64,000 bases of DNA from an uncultured bacterium (GCA_903829945.1 CAIKRV010000084.1:6869-70868), one strand, 5' to 3'. Shown: positions 39,390 to 50,194, numbered from the stretch's first letter. Numbers and translations are program-made. Notes: a model not told the origin generated them from the letters alone.

Positions 39390-40061
39390 ATGCTTAGCAT
39401 GAAAAAAACACTATTTATATTTGTCCTCGGGATTCTGGTCAGTGGGGTAATATACGGACAAAAAAAAGGCGTAAAAATCGGACTATTAAAATACAATGGA
39501 GGGGGAGATTGGTATGCCAACCCAACTTCATTGCCCAATTTAATTGCCTTTTGCAATAAACAAATTGGCACCTCCATAGCACCTGAGGCTGATGAGGTAG
39601 AAGTAGGCAGTAAAGAAATTTTTAATTACCCGTTTTTGCACATGACCGGGCATGGTAATGTGGTATTTTCAGCCTCCGAACAACAAAACCTAAGAGCTTA
39701 CCTTTTGGGTGGCGGTTTTTTACATATTGATGATAATTATGGAATGGATCAATATATCCGACCTGAATTGAAAAAATTATTTCCTGAACTTCAGTTAATA
39801 GAAATCCCTTATAATCATCCTATTTTTCATCAAAAATATAGTTTCCCCAATGGGGTACCGAAAATACATGAACATGATGGGAAACCTGCCCAAGCCTTTG
39901 GTTTAGTTTATGAAGGACGCCTGATTTTAATGTACACCTATCAATGTGATTTAGGCGATGGATGGGAAGATTATGAAGTACATAAGGACCCTCCTGCCAT
40001 TCATGAAAAAGCCTTGGAAATGGGGTCAAATATAATTCAGTATGTATTTATGCAGAATTAG
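39390..40061 (+). CDS. DUF4159 domain protein
   Basis: LKYNGGGDWYANPTSLPNL motif. Confidence 0.6.
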   Translation: MLSMKKTLFIFVLGILVSGVIYGQKKGVKIGLLKYNGGGDWYANPTSLPNLIAFCNKQIGTSIAPEADEVEVGSKEIFNYPFLHMTGHGNVVFSASEQQNLRAYLLGGGFLHIDDNYGMDQYIRPELKKLFPELQLIEIPYNHPIFHQKYSFPNGVPKIHEHDGKPAQAFGLVYEGRLILMYTYQCDLGDGWEDYEVHKDPPAIHEKALEMGSNIIQYVFMQN

Positions 40062-40063
40062 AA

Positions 40064-40411
40064 CTATTTAGTTCGTGCTTCCATGGAACTCAAACTATCA
40101 ATAACGGTTTGCATAACTTCCCCATAAATAATAGGATGTTTGAAATAATATTCCATGCTTTTAAGCATTTGCTTGCGATCTACTTTATTTTTCAATGCAA
40201 TTTGCTGATATCTTAATTGCATTAATTTTTTAGCAGAATCCTGAGCAAGATGTAAATCAGTAACCGCTGATTCAGCAATAAAAACATCAAGATATATTTC
40301 TTTCATCCTATCTTCGCTCAGGATATTGGCAGGTATAGTCTTAGCAGGATCAGAGGAACAAGCCGAAAGAACCAATAAACATAAAACAAAATTAAGAAGC
40401 CAATTACGCAT
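40064..40411 (-). CDS. Small hypothetical lipoprotein (DUF4296-like)
   Basis: Lipobox LSAC. 115 aa. Confidence 0.45.
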   Translation of the reverse strand: MRNWLLNFVLCLLVLSACSSDPAKTIPANILSEDRMKEIYLDVFIAESAVTDLHLAQDSAKKLMQLRYQQIALKNKVDRKQMLKSMEYYFKHPIIYGEVMQTVIDSLSSMEARTK

Positions 40412-40422
40412 TTCTATTTACT

Positions 40423-41112
40423 ATGAGGATATTACAAGAAAATCTAAGCGAACTTAAAAAATCAATTGATGAGGACAAAATTACATTGGTAGCCGTTACC
40501 AAAACCCATCCTGTTGAAAAAATTATGGAAATATATCAATTGGGGCAAAGAGATATGGGGGAAAATCGTGTACAAGAGCTCTTAGAAAAGAAAGATCATT
40601 TGCCTTCGGATATCAAATGGCACCTCATCGGCCATTTGCAAAGGAATAAGGTTAAGTACATTGCATCCTTTGTTCACCTCATCCATTCAGTAGATAGTTT
40701 AAAGCTTTTAGAAGAAATAAATAAGGAAGCCCAAAAGGTGGATCGTGTGATCCCTGTTTTATTGCAAGTATATATAGCACAAGAGGAAACAAAATTCGGC
40801 TTAGAGGAGCAAGAGATTGAAGTAATACTTCAATCAGAGGCCTATAAATCTATGAATAACATTAATATAGTAGGATTAATGGGCGTGGCTACTTTGACCG
40901 AGGATGAAGAACAAATCCGAACTGAATTTAAAGTATTGCACCATATTTTTAATTTTATAAAGACAAAGTATTTTAGTGATAAGTCCTCTTTCGAAACCCT
41001 TTCTATGGGAATGTCCGCAGATTATAAAATAGCCATTGAAGAAGGCAGTACCCTCATCCGGGTCGGTTCCATTTTATTCGGTGAAAGAAATTATAAAGAC
41101 ATCAATTTATAA
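40423..41112 (+). CDS. YggS family pyridoxal-phosphate homeostasis protein
   Basis: LVAVTKTHP Lys motif and an alanine-racemase N-terminal-like fold. Confidence 0.85.
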   Translation: MRILQENLSELKKSIDEDKITLVAVTKTHPVEKIMEIYQLGQRDMGENRVQELLEKKDHLPSDIKWHLIGHLQRNKVKYIASFVHLIHSVDSLKLLEEINKEAQKVDRVIPVLLQVYIAQEETKFGLEEQEIEVILQSEAYKSMNNINIVGLMGVATLTEDEEQIRTEFKVLHHIFNFIKTKYFSDKSSFETLSMGMSADYKIAIEEGSTLIRVGSILFGERNYKDINL

Positions 41113-41191
41113 ACTGACAAAATTTCAGTTTATTGATTTTGGCAACAATCTTGATAAGCTTTTCCTGTAAAAATTAAAAAATTTAATCTCC

Positions 41192-43006
41192 ATGTCAAAA
41201 CAAGGTACCTTAAGTATTCATACAGAGAATATTTTCCCAATTATTAAAAAATTCCTGTATTCTGACCATGAAATATTTCTCAGAGAATTGGTTGCCAATG
41301 CAGTAGATGCTTCTCAAAAACTCAAAATGCTTGCTTCATCCTCTGAATTTGATGGTGAAATGGGCGATATGACCATTAAAATAAGTATCGATAAAGAGCA
41401 TAAAACACTTAGTATTTCGGATGGTGGGATTGGCATGAATGAAGAAGAGGTTGAAAAATACATCAATCAAATTGCATTTTCCAGTGCTGAAGAATTTGTT
41501 CAAAAATATTCCGACAAATCTGAAGGGACCAATATTATCGGGCATTTCGGATTAGGATTTTATTCGGCCTTTATGGTGGCCAACAAAGTTGAATTTAATA
41601 CTAAAAGCTATCGTGCAGCAGATCCGGCGGTGCATTGGGAATGCGAAGGTCAAACCAGTTTTTCCATGGCAGCTTCGGATAAGGCAGATCGCGGCACAAC
41701 CATTACTTTATATATTAATGAAGATTCAGAAGAGTTTTTAGAAGCTTCACGTATTGAAGGCATTTTAAAGAAGTATTGTTCCTTCATGCCGGTAGAAATT
41801 TCATTTGATGGTAAAACCATTAATAATACCAAACCATTATGGTTGAAAAAACCTTCAGACATTAAAGTGGAAGAGTACCAAGAATTTTATAAGGAGCTTT
41901 ATCCATTTGCAGAAGATCCTTTATTCTGGATTCATTTAAATGTTGATTATCCATTTAATCTTACCGGTATTTTATATTTCCCTAAGGTTTCCAATACTTT
42001 TGAAGTTCAAAAAAATAAGATACACCTTTATTCCAACCAAGTTTTTATTACCGATGAAGTAAAGGAAATAGTCCCTGAATTTTTAACCTTATTACATGGT
42101 GTCATCGATTCTCCGGATATCCCGCTAAATGTATCACGTTCCTATTTGCAAAGTGATGCTAATGTTAAAAAAATTAGCACCTATATTGTAAAGAAAGCTG
42201 CTGAGAAATTGGCAGAACTTTTTAAAGATGACAGGAAAAGTTTTGAAGATAAATGGGAAGATATCGGGTTCTTCATTAAATACGGTATGCTAACCGATGA
42301 TAAGTTTTATGACAAGGCCAAAGACTTTGTTTTATTAAATGATATCGACGACAAGTTCTATACCTTGGAGGAATATACGGCCAAGGTTAAGCCATTACAA
42401 ACAGACAAAAATGATCGAATGGTTTGGTTATATACCTTCCATCACGAAATACAAGATAGTTTTGTTCAGAGCGCTATTAAACGGGGGTATAATGTATTAA
42501 AATTCCCGCACCCTATTGATAATCATTTTATGCAGCAGTTAGAAACCAAATTGGATAAAGTGAGCATTAAACGTGTGGATTCTGATACCATCGATCGTCT
42601 GATTGATAAAGATGAAAAAACAGAATCAGTATTATCTGCTGATGAACAAAAAGAGGTTTCTGATTTATATATTGCCGCTGTTAATGACACAAAATATACG
42701 ATCAAAACTGAAGCATTATCACCTGATGAGGCTCCGGTAATGATCACTCAGAGCGAATGGATGCGCAGAATGATGGATATGCAGCGCATGAATGGTATGA
42801 ATGTGGGGGATAATTTCCCGGGCGGATATGATGTGATTGTTAATACTAATCATCCTTTGGCCAAAAAATTAGTAGGTATGCGCAAGGATGAAAAGAAGAA
42901 AGATTTTGCAAAACATCTTTTTAATTTAGCACGTCTTACTCAAAATATGCTGGCCGGAAAAGATATGACTGAGTTTGTTCAAAGAAGTATCGAATTTTTA
43001 GATTAA
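41192..43006 (+). CDS. htpG: Molecular chaperone HtpG (Hsp90)
   Basis: GHKL ATPase motifs LRELVANAVDA and GHFGLGFYSAFMVA. Confidence 0.9.
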   Translation: MSKQGTLSIHTENIFPIIKKFLYSDHEIFLRELVANAVDASQKLKMLASSSEFDGEMGDMTIKISIDKEHKTLSISDGGIGMNEEEVEKYINQIAFSSAEEFVQKYSDKSEGTNIIGHFGLGFYSAFMVANKVEFNTKSYRAADPAVHWECEGQTSFSMAASDKADRGTTITLYINEDSEEFLEASRIEGILKKYCSFMPVEISFDGKTINNTKPLWLKKPSDIKVEEYQEFYKELYPFAEDPLFWIHLNVDYPFNLTGILYFPKVSNTFEVQKNKIHLYSNQVFITDEVKEIVPEFLTLLHGVIDSPDIPLNVSRSYLQSDANVKKISTYIVKKAAEKLAELFKDDRKSFEDKWEDIGFFIKYGMLTDDKFYDKAKDFVLLNDIDDKFYTLEEYTAKVKPLQTDKNDRMVWLYTFHHEIQDSFVQSAIKRGYNVLKFPHPIDNHFMQQLETKLDKVSIKRVDSDTIDRLIDKDEKTESVLSADEQKEVSDLYIAAVNDTKYTIKTEALSPDEAPVMITQSEWMRRMMDMQRMNGMNVGDNFPGGYDVIVNTNHPLAKKLVGMRKDEKKKDFAKHLFNLARLTQNMLAGKDMTEFVQRSIEFLD

Positions 43007-43028
43007 GGTGTATATTTTCAAAAAAAAA

Positions 43029-43056
43029 GGAGCAGTACTTACTGCTCTTTTTTTTG
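43029..43056. terminator. Bidirectional rho-independent terminator between htpG and kup
   Basis: GGAGCAGT-ACTT-ACTGCTC hairpin flanked by an A-run upstream and TTTTTTTT downstream. Confidence 0.65.
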
Positions 43057-43071
43057 TCTTTATATTTAATA

Positions 43072-45021
43072 CTAATTTACGCGTTTTAAATCCACTTGAC
43101 TTACCGGTACGGTAATCATAGGCACCGTTTCAGTAGTGACCGAACTGGTATCTAATCCAAATGCTTTTTCCTCTGATAAACTTAAACTTTTTAATACCGA
43201 ATACACGGACATTAAAAATTCCTCAAAAGTGGAAAGCTTATAATCATAATTTAAAATTCGTTCAATAACAATAAATCTAAAATCCCCGACTACATGATGC
43301 TTCTTTAAGCTATCATAGCGGCTGATTACATCCACTTCTCTTTTTAAAGAAAGATCCTCTACTACCTTTCTAAAATATAAATTTACCCTAGGTGCTACCC
43401 TGAAACCTAAACGGAATTCAATTTTAAATACTTTTTCAGGCACTAAAACTTTTACTTTGTATTCCTGGGTATGCGGGTCGTCCAATACATCTACATGGAC
43501 GAACCAATATATATCAGCCCGCTTTGGTGACTTATTGAAAATAGAATAAATAATTTTAGTTTCAATTTCATTCGGAAAATCAGCACTGGTTAAATAAACC
43601 AAATTGGTAGAATACTTAGGAATGGAATGGTCTTCACTAAGCTCTTTCAGCATGGGTAAATACTGGTCTAATTTTACAAATTCAGTAAATCTGTTTTTAA
43701 TTTTTCTGGCTCGGAACCAGATTAACATAATGCAAATTAAGAAGGAGCTAATCGCCACCGTCACCCAGCCGCCATGTTCTAATTTTTCCAAATTTGCAAT
43801 TAAAAAAACAATTTCGATGGTTAAATAAATGAGCAAAGTCATTGCAATTAAAACGAAATTGATCCTTTTAAATCTTAAGTAAAAACTTAATAAAATCGTA
43901 GTGGAAAGCATGGTGAGCGTAATGGCTAAACCATAGGCTCCTTCCATATGACTGGATTCTTTAAATAACAATACTATACCAATACAGCCTGCGCATAACA
44001 GCCAATTAATACTGGGAATATATACCTGCCCCCTTTGATTGGACGGGTACATCATTTTAACTTTCGGCCAGATATTTAATCGAATGGCCTCACTGATTAA
44101 AGTATAAGAGCCGGTAATGAGCGCCTGGCTGGCAATGATAGTGGCCAAAGTGGCAATGATAATACCCGGCAAACGAAACCATTCAGGCATCATTAAATAA
44201 AAAGGACTGGGATTATTTACATTAATCTGCGCTAAAGTATGTCCGGAATGGGTCAATAGCCATGCCCCTTGACCGAAATAATTAAGCAGTAAAGTAATTT
44301 TTACAAATATCCAACTGATTTGAATATTGGGCCTACCACAATGGCCTAAATCAGAATATAATGCCTCAGCACCGGTGGTGCAAAGGAATACAGACCCCAA
44401 AAGCCAAAAGGCGTTGGGATAATGTGCTAAGAAATCATACACATAAAAGGGGCTTATGGCCTTCAATACGCCCGGTTCACGAATGATCCAAGGCAAGCCT
44501 ACTACGGCAATCATTAAAAACCACAACATCATGACCGGCCCGAAGGAATTACCAACAACCTGTGTGCCAAATCTTTGGAATATAAATAAGGCAATAATTA
44601 TAGTAATTACGATCGGTACTACATATATATTGGGGTCAATCAATTTTAAACCTTCTATAGCAGAAGTGACTGAAATAGGAGGCGTAATAATTCCATCTGC
44701 CAGTAGTGAACTTCCCCCAATAATAGCGGGTATTACTAAATATTTAGCATGGCGCCTGACCAAGGCATACAAAGAAAATATACCGCCTTCCCCCCTATTA
44801 TCTGCTCTTAAAGTTAAGACCACATACTTCAAGGTTGTTTGAAAAGTAAGTGTCCAGAAAATACAGGAAATACCGCCAAGAATTAAATTTGGGCTGATGG
44901 TTTGGGTATTGATAATAGCAGACAATACATATAATGGTGAAGTCCCAATATCCCCAAATACTATACCTAAGGTAATTAATACCCCGGCTGCCGATAGTTT
45001 AGTAAAATGACTATTACTCAC
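43072..45021 (-). CDS. kup: KUP/HAK/KT family potassium transporter
   Basis: GDIGTSPLYV motif, 12 TM segments and a C-terminal cytoplasmic domain. Confidence 0.9.
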   Translation of the reverse strand: MSNSHFTKLSAAGVLITLGIVFGDIGTSPLYVLSAIINTQTISPNLILGGISCIFWTLTFQTTLKYVVLTLRADNRGEGGIFSLYALVRRHAKYLVIPAIIGGSSLLADGIITPPISVTSAIEGLKLIDPNIYVVPIVITIIIALFIFQRFGTQVVGNSFGPVMMLWFLMIAVVGLPWIIREPGVLKAISPFYVYDFLAHYPNAFWLLGSVFLCTTGAEALYSDLGHCGRPNIQISWIFVKITLLLNYFGQGAWLLTHSGHTLAQINVNNPSPFYLMMPEWFRLPGIIIATLATIIASQALITGSYTLISEAIRLNIWPKVKMMYPSNQRGQVYIPSINWLLCAGCIGIVLLFKESSHMEGAYGLAITLTMLSTTILLSFYLRFKRINFVLIAMTLLIYLTIEIVFLIANLEKLEHGGWVTVAISSFLICIMLIWFRARKIKNRFTEFVKLDQYLPMLKELSEDHSIPKYSTNLVYLTSADFPNEIETKIIYSIFNKSPKRADIYWFVHVDVLDDPHTQEYKVKVLVPEKVFKIEFRLGFRVAPRVNLYFRKVVEDLSLKREVDVISRYDSLKKHHVVGDFRFIVIERILNYDYKLSTFEEFLMSVYSVLKSLSLSEEKAFGLDTSSVTTETVPMITVPVSQVDLKRVN

Positions 45022-45189
45022 TGACCCGAATTAAGGTTGCAAACTTACATTATTTTAGTGGCTGAATGTATTAAATCTAAAGGATTCATTTTTTAGCATC
45101 GCAATAATTTAGAACCAATCAAAATACCTATTCTTTAGGCACAAAAATATTGAAGTCCTTTTGTATCTTTGCTAGGCAAAATTACCCTT

Positions 45190-45987
45190 ATGTTATTAAC
45201 CCAAGAACAGTTAAAGGAGTTAAAAATCAACGGCTACCTCATCATTAGAAACGTATTGACCGCTCAAGAAATTGAGCAATTGCGTAAAGTAAGCATAGAT
45301 TTTTTTACCAACGAAAGCAATCCCATTATTTATATTTTTTCAGGGAAAACCAAATCCAATGCCATGAATGCCATTCCGGGTTTGCGTTTTTTATTGAAAA
45401 ACGAAAAAATTGCACAAATCATGAAAGATGTGTGCGGACCGGACGTAAGATATGCACATCATAGTGATGCCCATTATAATATGCTTAGCGGATGGCATAA
45501 GGATAATTATGGGGATGATGATTGGGCAGTAGGTCCAGAAGGAGAAACCTACCATGCTTATAAAATGGCTTTTTACTTGCAGGACCATTCCAATAATAAC
45601 TATGGTTTAACCGTAAGGAAAGGCTCTCATTTATTACGCGAACTTAATAAAGGAGAAGTAATTGATTTACATTCCAAACCGGGGGATGCTGTAGTTTTTG
45701 ACATGCGCATTTCGCATATTGGAAAAGAACCGGACTTGTTTGAAAAGATTTTAAAATTCATCTTTAGAGATCCTAAAACCCAAGCTAAATTATTTGAAAG
45801 ATATCGTAAAATGATGGGGATTCCGGACAAAATCTCTGTATTTTTCGGATTCGGAGTTCCTAATAGATTTACCCAAGAACATATAGATAAGACTATTGCC
45901 AGACAAAACAAACAAAACAAAGCCAGTAATTATACCATAGATCCGGAAGTGGTGAAAAACCTGGAAGAAGTCGGATTACATTATTAA
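45190..45987 (+). CDS. Phytanoyl-CoA dioxygenase (PhyH) family Fe(II)/2-oxoglutarate oxygenase
   Basis: HxD...H facial triad context (GWHKDNYG, RISHIG). The start is corrected to the ATG at 45190; the track TTG at 45169 lies inside a TATCTTTG -7 box. Confidence 0.7.
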   Translation: MLLTQEQLKELKINGYLIIRNVLTAQEIEQLRKVSIDFFTNESNPIIYIFSGKTKSNAMNAIPGLRFLLKNEKIAQIMKDVCGPDVRYAHHSDAHYNMLSGWHKDNYGDDDWAVGPEGETYHAYKMAFYLQDHSNNNYGLTVRKGSHLLRELNKGEVIDLHSKPGDAVVFDMRISHIGKEPDLFEKILKFIFRDPKTQAKLFERYRKMMGIPDKISVFFGFGVPNRFTQEHIDKTIARQNKQNKASNYTIDPEVVKNLEEVGLHY

Positions 45988-45991
45988 GCTT

Positions 45992-47944
45992 TTAAAAAGC
46001 CTCTTTCCAGGGTATATCAGGATTTTCATCCAATGGAATATCAAGGGAATCCGAGGCTATTTTTAAATATTTTTGAGCTCTTCCATTAAGCTTTACATCA
46101 AACTGCGCAGTATCTACTAAATCCTTATCCAACTTAGTATATGCAACGAGTTTAGAAGTGATAAGCTTATAATAATTATTGGCATGTTTCTTTAAATGTC
46201 CCTTTTTATCAAAATAGTACATAAAGCTTTTAGGAGATGGAATAATCATTCCTAAAAACACGCATTCCTGTAAGTTTAATTGTGAAGGATGTTTATTAAA
46301 ATAGAAGCGTGAAGCTTCTCCAATACCATAAACATCGGGGCCCCATTCAATAATATTTAAATACACTTCATAGATTCTTTTCTTAGAGGCAATATGCAAG
46401 TTTTCAATCATCCAAGTCATCAAAGCTTCTTCCAATTTACGGTCAATGGTTTTCTTCCTGGATAAAAACACATTTTTAACCAATTGCTGAGTAATGGTAC
46501 TTCCCCCTTTTTTAAAACTATGGGTTTTTAAATTTTCAACAATTGATTTGGCAAATGCATCCTGATTAAACCCTTTGTTCCAAAAGAAATCACCATCTTC
46601 GGAATTTACCACCACATCTTTTAAGTATTTAGCAATCGTATCATAATGGGCATATAATGGATTGTCTTCACCTACCGTGATATGCCTATTGCTGCCAAAA
46701 GGAATATAGGTGAAATCGTTATTGAGTTTATTTAAGTTACAAAGTCCAAAATCCAAAACTTTTAAATGCTCACCCGTAAATGTGGAATTAAAATACACAC
46801 TATCATATTTTGGAAGGGATAAATAAAAGCCCAGATGATAATTTAGTTGACCGCTAAGCTTCATGGTTTTTACCTTATCAAAAGTAGCATCCGGCAAGGC
46901 ATTGAGAAACTTTTGTGCTTCCATCGGTGCCATATTCATGCAAATTTTCAAGTCCTTAGGTTCCTTAATTCTGGAATAAATTCCAATATTGGCTAACAAA
47001 CCATTAATGCTGATATAACTACTGCTGTCTATGGCAATTTGATCCTTATTAATATCCAAACGATAATCCAAAATGCCATCATTCACCACAATGGTATCTT
47101 TGGAAATTTTAGGATTATATATTTCTAAACCTTTACCCTCAATTTTACCTTCAATCTTTATATCACTAGAGCCATTATCAAACTTACGCAGCTCAAGATT
47201 AAATTCATGGAATGCAAAATCAAAATGTAAATTTCTTTTTATTTTATTTATATTTACATATCCCGACTGATTGGTTTTAAATGTAAAATTTCCGGTGATG
47301 TCATTTTTATTAAACACACCCGATAAATTCCATACCTGTTGATCACCATTTAAATTGGCAGAAAAATCACCTTTCAATTGTTCATCAACATAAGAAAGAG
47401 AACGCATGGTAATAAAAATATTATCCGCCTTGGTTTTATAAACAAAATTAATATTGTGCATTTGCAATTGCTCCGGAAGGAAATCTGTTACAGATTCCAC
47501 AATACCGCTAATTCTTTTAAAGCGTAAAAATTTATCTGCCGAATCAATTGGAGCAGTTGTTTTTTTCTTTTTAAGTAAACGCAGATATTGCAATTTAAAA
47601 ATTCCATTTTCGGCATTTACATCGGATAAGGCAATGCTACCCGTTAACAAATGAAAAATATGGATTTTTAATTGGGCTTTGTTTAGATAAACAAAAGTAT
47701 CCTTGCTTTCCGTAGCGCACAATAAATTTTCAGTAGTTATTTCCGAAAAGCCGCTTAAATTGAATTTACTGTAGCTTAATTCGAGATGATATTGATTTTT
47801 TAATTTGGTTTTAGCTTTGGCAATCGCTAAATCCAACAACCAACCTTTCAATAAAAACAATAAAACAAATGCAAGTAAAAAAAGGATCAAGGTCCATTTA
47901 ATTACCTTGGGCAGCGTCTTATTTCGTTGGGGAGGATAATGCAT
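45992..47944 (-). CDS. Peptidoglycan glycosyltransferase (GT51 transglycosylase domain) with ~400-aa N-terminal extension
   Basis: C-terminal GT51 motifs EDGDFFWNKGF, GGSTITQQLVKN and RKLEEA. It has an N-terminal signal-anchor (LILFLLAFVLLFLL) and a large domain of unknown function. Confidence 0.75.
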   Translation of the reverse strand: MHYPPQRNKTLPKVIKWTLILFLLAFVLLFLLKGWLLDLAIAKAKTKLKNQYHLELSYSKFNLSGFSEITTENLLCATESKDTFVYLNKAQLKIHIFHLLTGSIALSDVNAENGIFKLQYLRLLKKKKTTAPIDSADKFLRFKRISGIVESVTDFLPEQLQMHNINFVYKTKADNIFITMRSLSYVDEQLKGDFSANLNGDQQVWNLSGVFNKNDITGNFTFKTNQSGYVNINKIKRNLHFDFAFHEFNLELRKFDNGSSDIKIEGKIEGKGLEIYNPKISKDTIVVNDGILDYRLDINKDQIAIDSSSYISINGLLANIGIYSRIKEPKDLKICMNMAPMEAQKFLNALPDATFDKVKTMKLSGQLNYHLGFYLSLPKYDSVYFNSTFTGEHLKVLDFGLCNLNKLNNDFTYIPFGSNRHITVGEDNPLYAHYDTIAKYLKDVVVNSEDGDFFWNKGFNQDAFAKSIVENLKTHSFKKGGSTITQQLVKNVFLSRKKTIDRKLEEALMTWMIENLHIASKKRIYEVYLNIIEWGPDVYGIGEASRFYFNKHPSQLNLQECVFLGMIIPSPKSFMYYFDKKGHLKKHANNYYKLITSKLVAYTKLDKDLVDTAQFDVKLNGRAQKYLKIASDSLDIPLDENPDIPWKEAF

Positions 47945-47996
47945 TTAAGCTTTCAAAATTATTTTATTAAGAGAATTATAATTCATTTATAAGCAA

Positions 47997-48899
47997 TTAT
48001 TTTGATCGTGGATGAAAGGTGGTGATCACTTCTTTCAAGTAACCGGAATCCATATGGGTATAAATTTCGGTGGTAATAATGGAGGCATGGCCCAACATTT
48101 CCTGAACCGCCCTTAAATCAGCACCGGCTTCTACTAGATGTGTAGCAAACGAATGTCTGAAAGTATGCGGACTAATATCTTTTTCAATCCCTGCTTTTTT
48201 AGCTAAATCCTTAATAATTAAAAAAACCATGACCCTGGATAGATTTTTGCCAAATTTGTTTAAAAAGACAAAATCCTCAAATCCGTGTTTAATGTCCAGA
48301 TGATTTCTGACAGTATTAATGTATTTTTTTAATTGCTTACGAGCCACCTTGCCTATGGGCACCAATCGTTCTTTATTACCCTTACCAATAACACTGACAA
48401 TCTCCTCCTCAAAATCAATTTTGCTGAGCTTTAAATCTACCAATTCGGATACCCGCAAACCGCATGCATAAAGCGTTTCCAACATGGCGGCATTTCGCTC
48501 ACCATCGGGTTTGCTCCTATCTATTTGTGCGATCATAGCCTCAATTTCCTCACGGGATAAAACCTCAGGCAAGGCACGTTTTAAGCGCGGGGTAGATAAT
48601 AATTCTGCCGGATTGCTTTGCAGGATGCCTTCAGCAATTAAATAAATAAAAAATCCTTTAATGCCGGAAATAATTCGTGCTTGAGAGGTAGCGGTCATAC
48701 CCAATTCTGCAATCCAATCTACAAATGTGGTCAAATGTTTTAAGCTAAGCTTGGAAAGCGGTAGTTCGGGATGTGCTAAATCCAGATATTGAAAAAGCTT
48801 TTCAATATCTCTGATATACGCTTCAATGCTATTATCTGAAAGATTTTTTTCTACTTTCAGGTAAATAGAAAATGGGCGTATATGTGCATTGAAATTCAA
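47997..48899 (-). CDS. Tyrosine recombinase XerC/XerD family
   Basis: R..HxxR..Y catalytic residues (HTFRHSFATHL, GHASIITTEIYTH). It sits in a housekeeping context next to lysA. Confidence 0.8.
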   Translation of the reverse strand: MNFNAHIRPFSIYLKVEKNLSDNSIEAYIRDIEKLFQYLDLAHPELPLSKLSLKHLTTFVDWIAELGMTATSQARIISGIKGFFIYLIAEGILQSNPAELLSTPRLKRALPEVLSREEIEAMIAQIDRSKPDGERNAAMLETLYACGLRVSELVDLKLSKIDFEEEIVSVIGKGNKERLVPIGKVARKQLKKYINTVRNHLDIKHGFEDFVFLNKFGKNLSRVMVFLIIKDLAKKAGIEKDISPHTFRHSFATHLVEAGADLRAVQEMLGHASIITTEIYTHMDSGYLKEVITTFHPRSK

Positions 48900-48955
48900 A
48901 AACTATTGTGCTAATTTTTAGTGGAAAATGTACTTAAATATTTCCAATGAGTAAA

Positions 48956-50194
48956 CTATAAAAAATCAACTTGCGGCTGATGTAATAGTAAATCTTCAAA
49001 TACTTGACGTTGACGAATGAGGTGCGCTTTGCCTTTATAAACCATAATCTCTGCCGGTTTCAAACGTGAGTTATAATTACTACTCATACTAAATCCATAA
49101 GCACCTGCATTCAAAATTGCCAAGGTATCACCCATCCTTACTTCACTTAAAAGTCTATCCGTACCAAAGGTATCTGTTTCGCAGATATTCCCCACTACAG
49201 AATAAGGATGTTTTTCTAAAGACGGATTAGAAATATTGACAATTTCATGATACGCATCATACATCATTGGTCGAATCAAATGATTTAAACCGGAATCCAC
49301 TCCTGCTATAGTAATATTCGCTGCTGTTGCTTTTAACACATTTACGTTGACCAGTAAATACCCTGAGCGGCTAACTAAATACTTGCCGGGTTCACACCAT
49401 AATTCCAAAGTTTTGCCATAATTTTTACAAAAAGCATTAAATCTAGCACATACTTCTTTGCCCAACTGCTCTATATCCGTGGAAGCATCATCCTCTTTAT
49501 AGGCTACTTTAAATCCGGAACCGAAGTCTAAATAATTTAGTTGTGAAAAATACTTAGCCGTATCAAACAAAACTTCCAATCCTTTTAAAAATGAATTTAC
49601 GTCTTTAATATCAGAGCCGGAATGCATATGCAAACCTTCAATTACAATTTCATGCTTTTGGCAAATGGCAATAATATCATCAATCTGATGAATGGAAATG
49701 CCAAATTTAGACCCTAAATGTGCTGTCTGAATTTTAATATTTCCTCCTGCTACGATATGCGGATTTAAACGAATACAAACCGGTTTGGTATTACCGTATC
49801 GGATGCCAAATTCATTTAAAATATGTAAATTATCAATATTTAGCCTTACACCCAAGGCTGCTGCTTCCACGATTTCGTCAATAGAAACACTATTCGGCGT
49901 AAAAATAATATTATCCGGAGCAAATCCGGCCAGAATACCCAGCTTTACCTCTTGGATAGAAACCGTATCTAATCCGCAACCTAAGTGAAGAATAAATTTT
50001 AATATACTGAGATTGGTATTTGCTTTACAAGCATATTTAGGCTTAAAATTAAGTTCTGAAAATGCCGACATTAAGCGATGGTATTGTGCTTCGATAATAT
50101 TGGCATCATAGACATATAGGGGCGTCCCGAATTTTTCTGCAATACTTAATGCAGGCATTCCGCCGATAAGAAATGGGTGGGAAAATGTTTCCAT
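48956..50194 (-). CDS. lysA: Diaminopimelate decarboxylase
   Basis: Fold-III PLP decarboxylase (YACKAN Lys motif, GSGF, EPGKYLV). Confidence 0.9.
   Translation of the reverse strand: METFSHPFLIGGMPALSIAEKFGTPLYVYDANIIEAQYHRLMSAFSELNFKPKYACKANTNLSILKFILHLGCGLDTVSIQEVKLGILAGFAPDNIIFTPNSVSIDEIVEAAALGVRLNIDNLHILNEFGIRYGNTKPVCIRLNPHIVAGGNIKIQTAHLGSKFGISIHQIDDIIAICQKHEIVIEGLHMHSGSDIKDVNSFLKGLEVLFDTAKYFSQLNYLDFGSGFKVAYKEDDASTDIEQLGKEVCARFNAFCKNYGKTLELWCEPGKYLVSRSGYLLVNVNVLKATAANITIAGVDSGLNHLIRPMMYDAYHEIVNISNPSLEKHPYSVVGNICETDTFGTDRLLSEVRMGDTLAILNAGAYGFSMSSNYNSRLKPAEIMVYKGKAHLIRQRQVFEDLLLHQPQVDFL

Noticed and set aside
47997-48899. Tyrosine recombinase considered as a possible integrase marking a mobile element
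   Set aside because: Its flanks are housekeeping genes (lysA, PG transglycosylase). There is no adjacent tRNA, repeats, excisionase or cargo. The 300-aa size and motifs fit chromosomal XerC/XerD dimer resolution.
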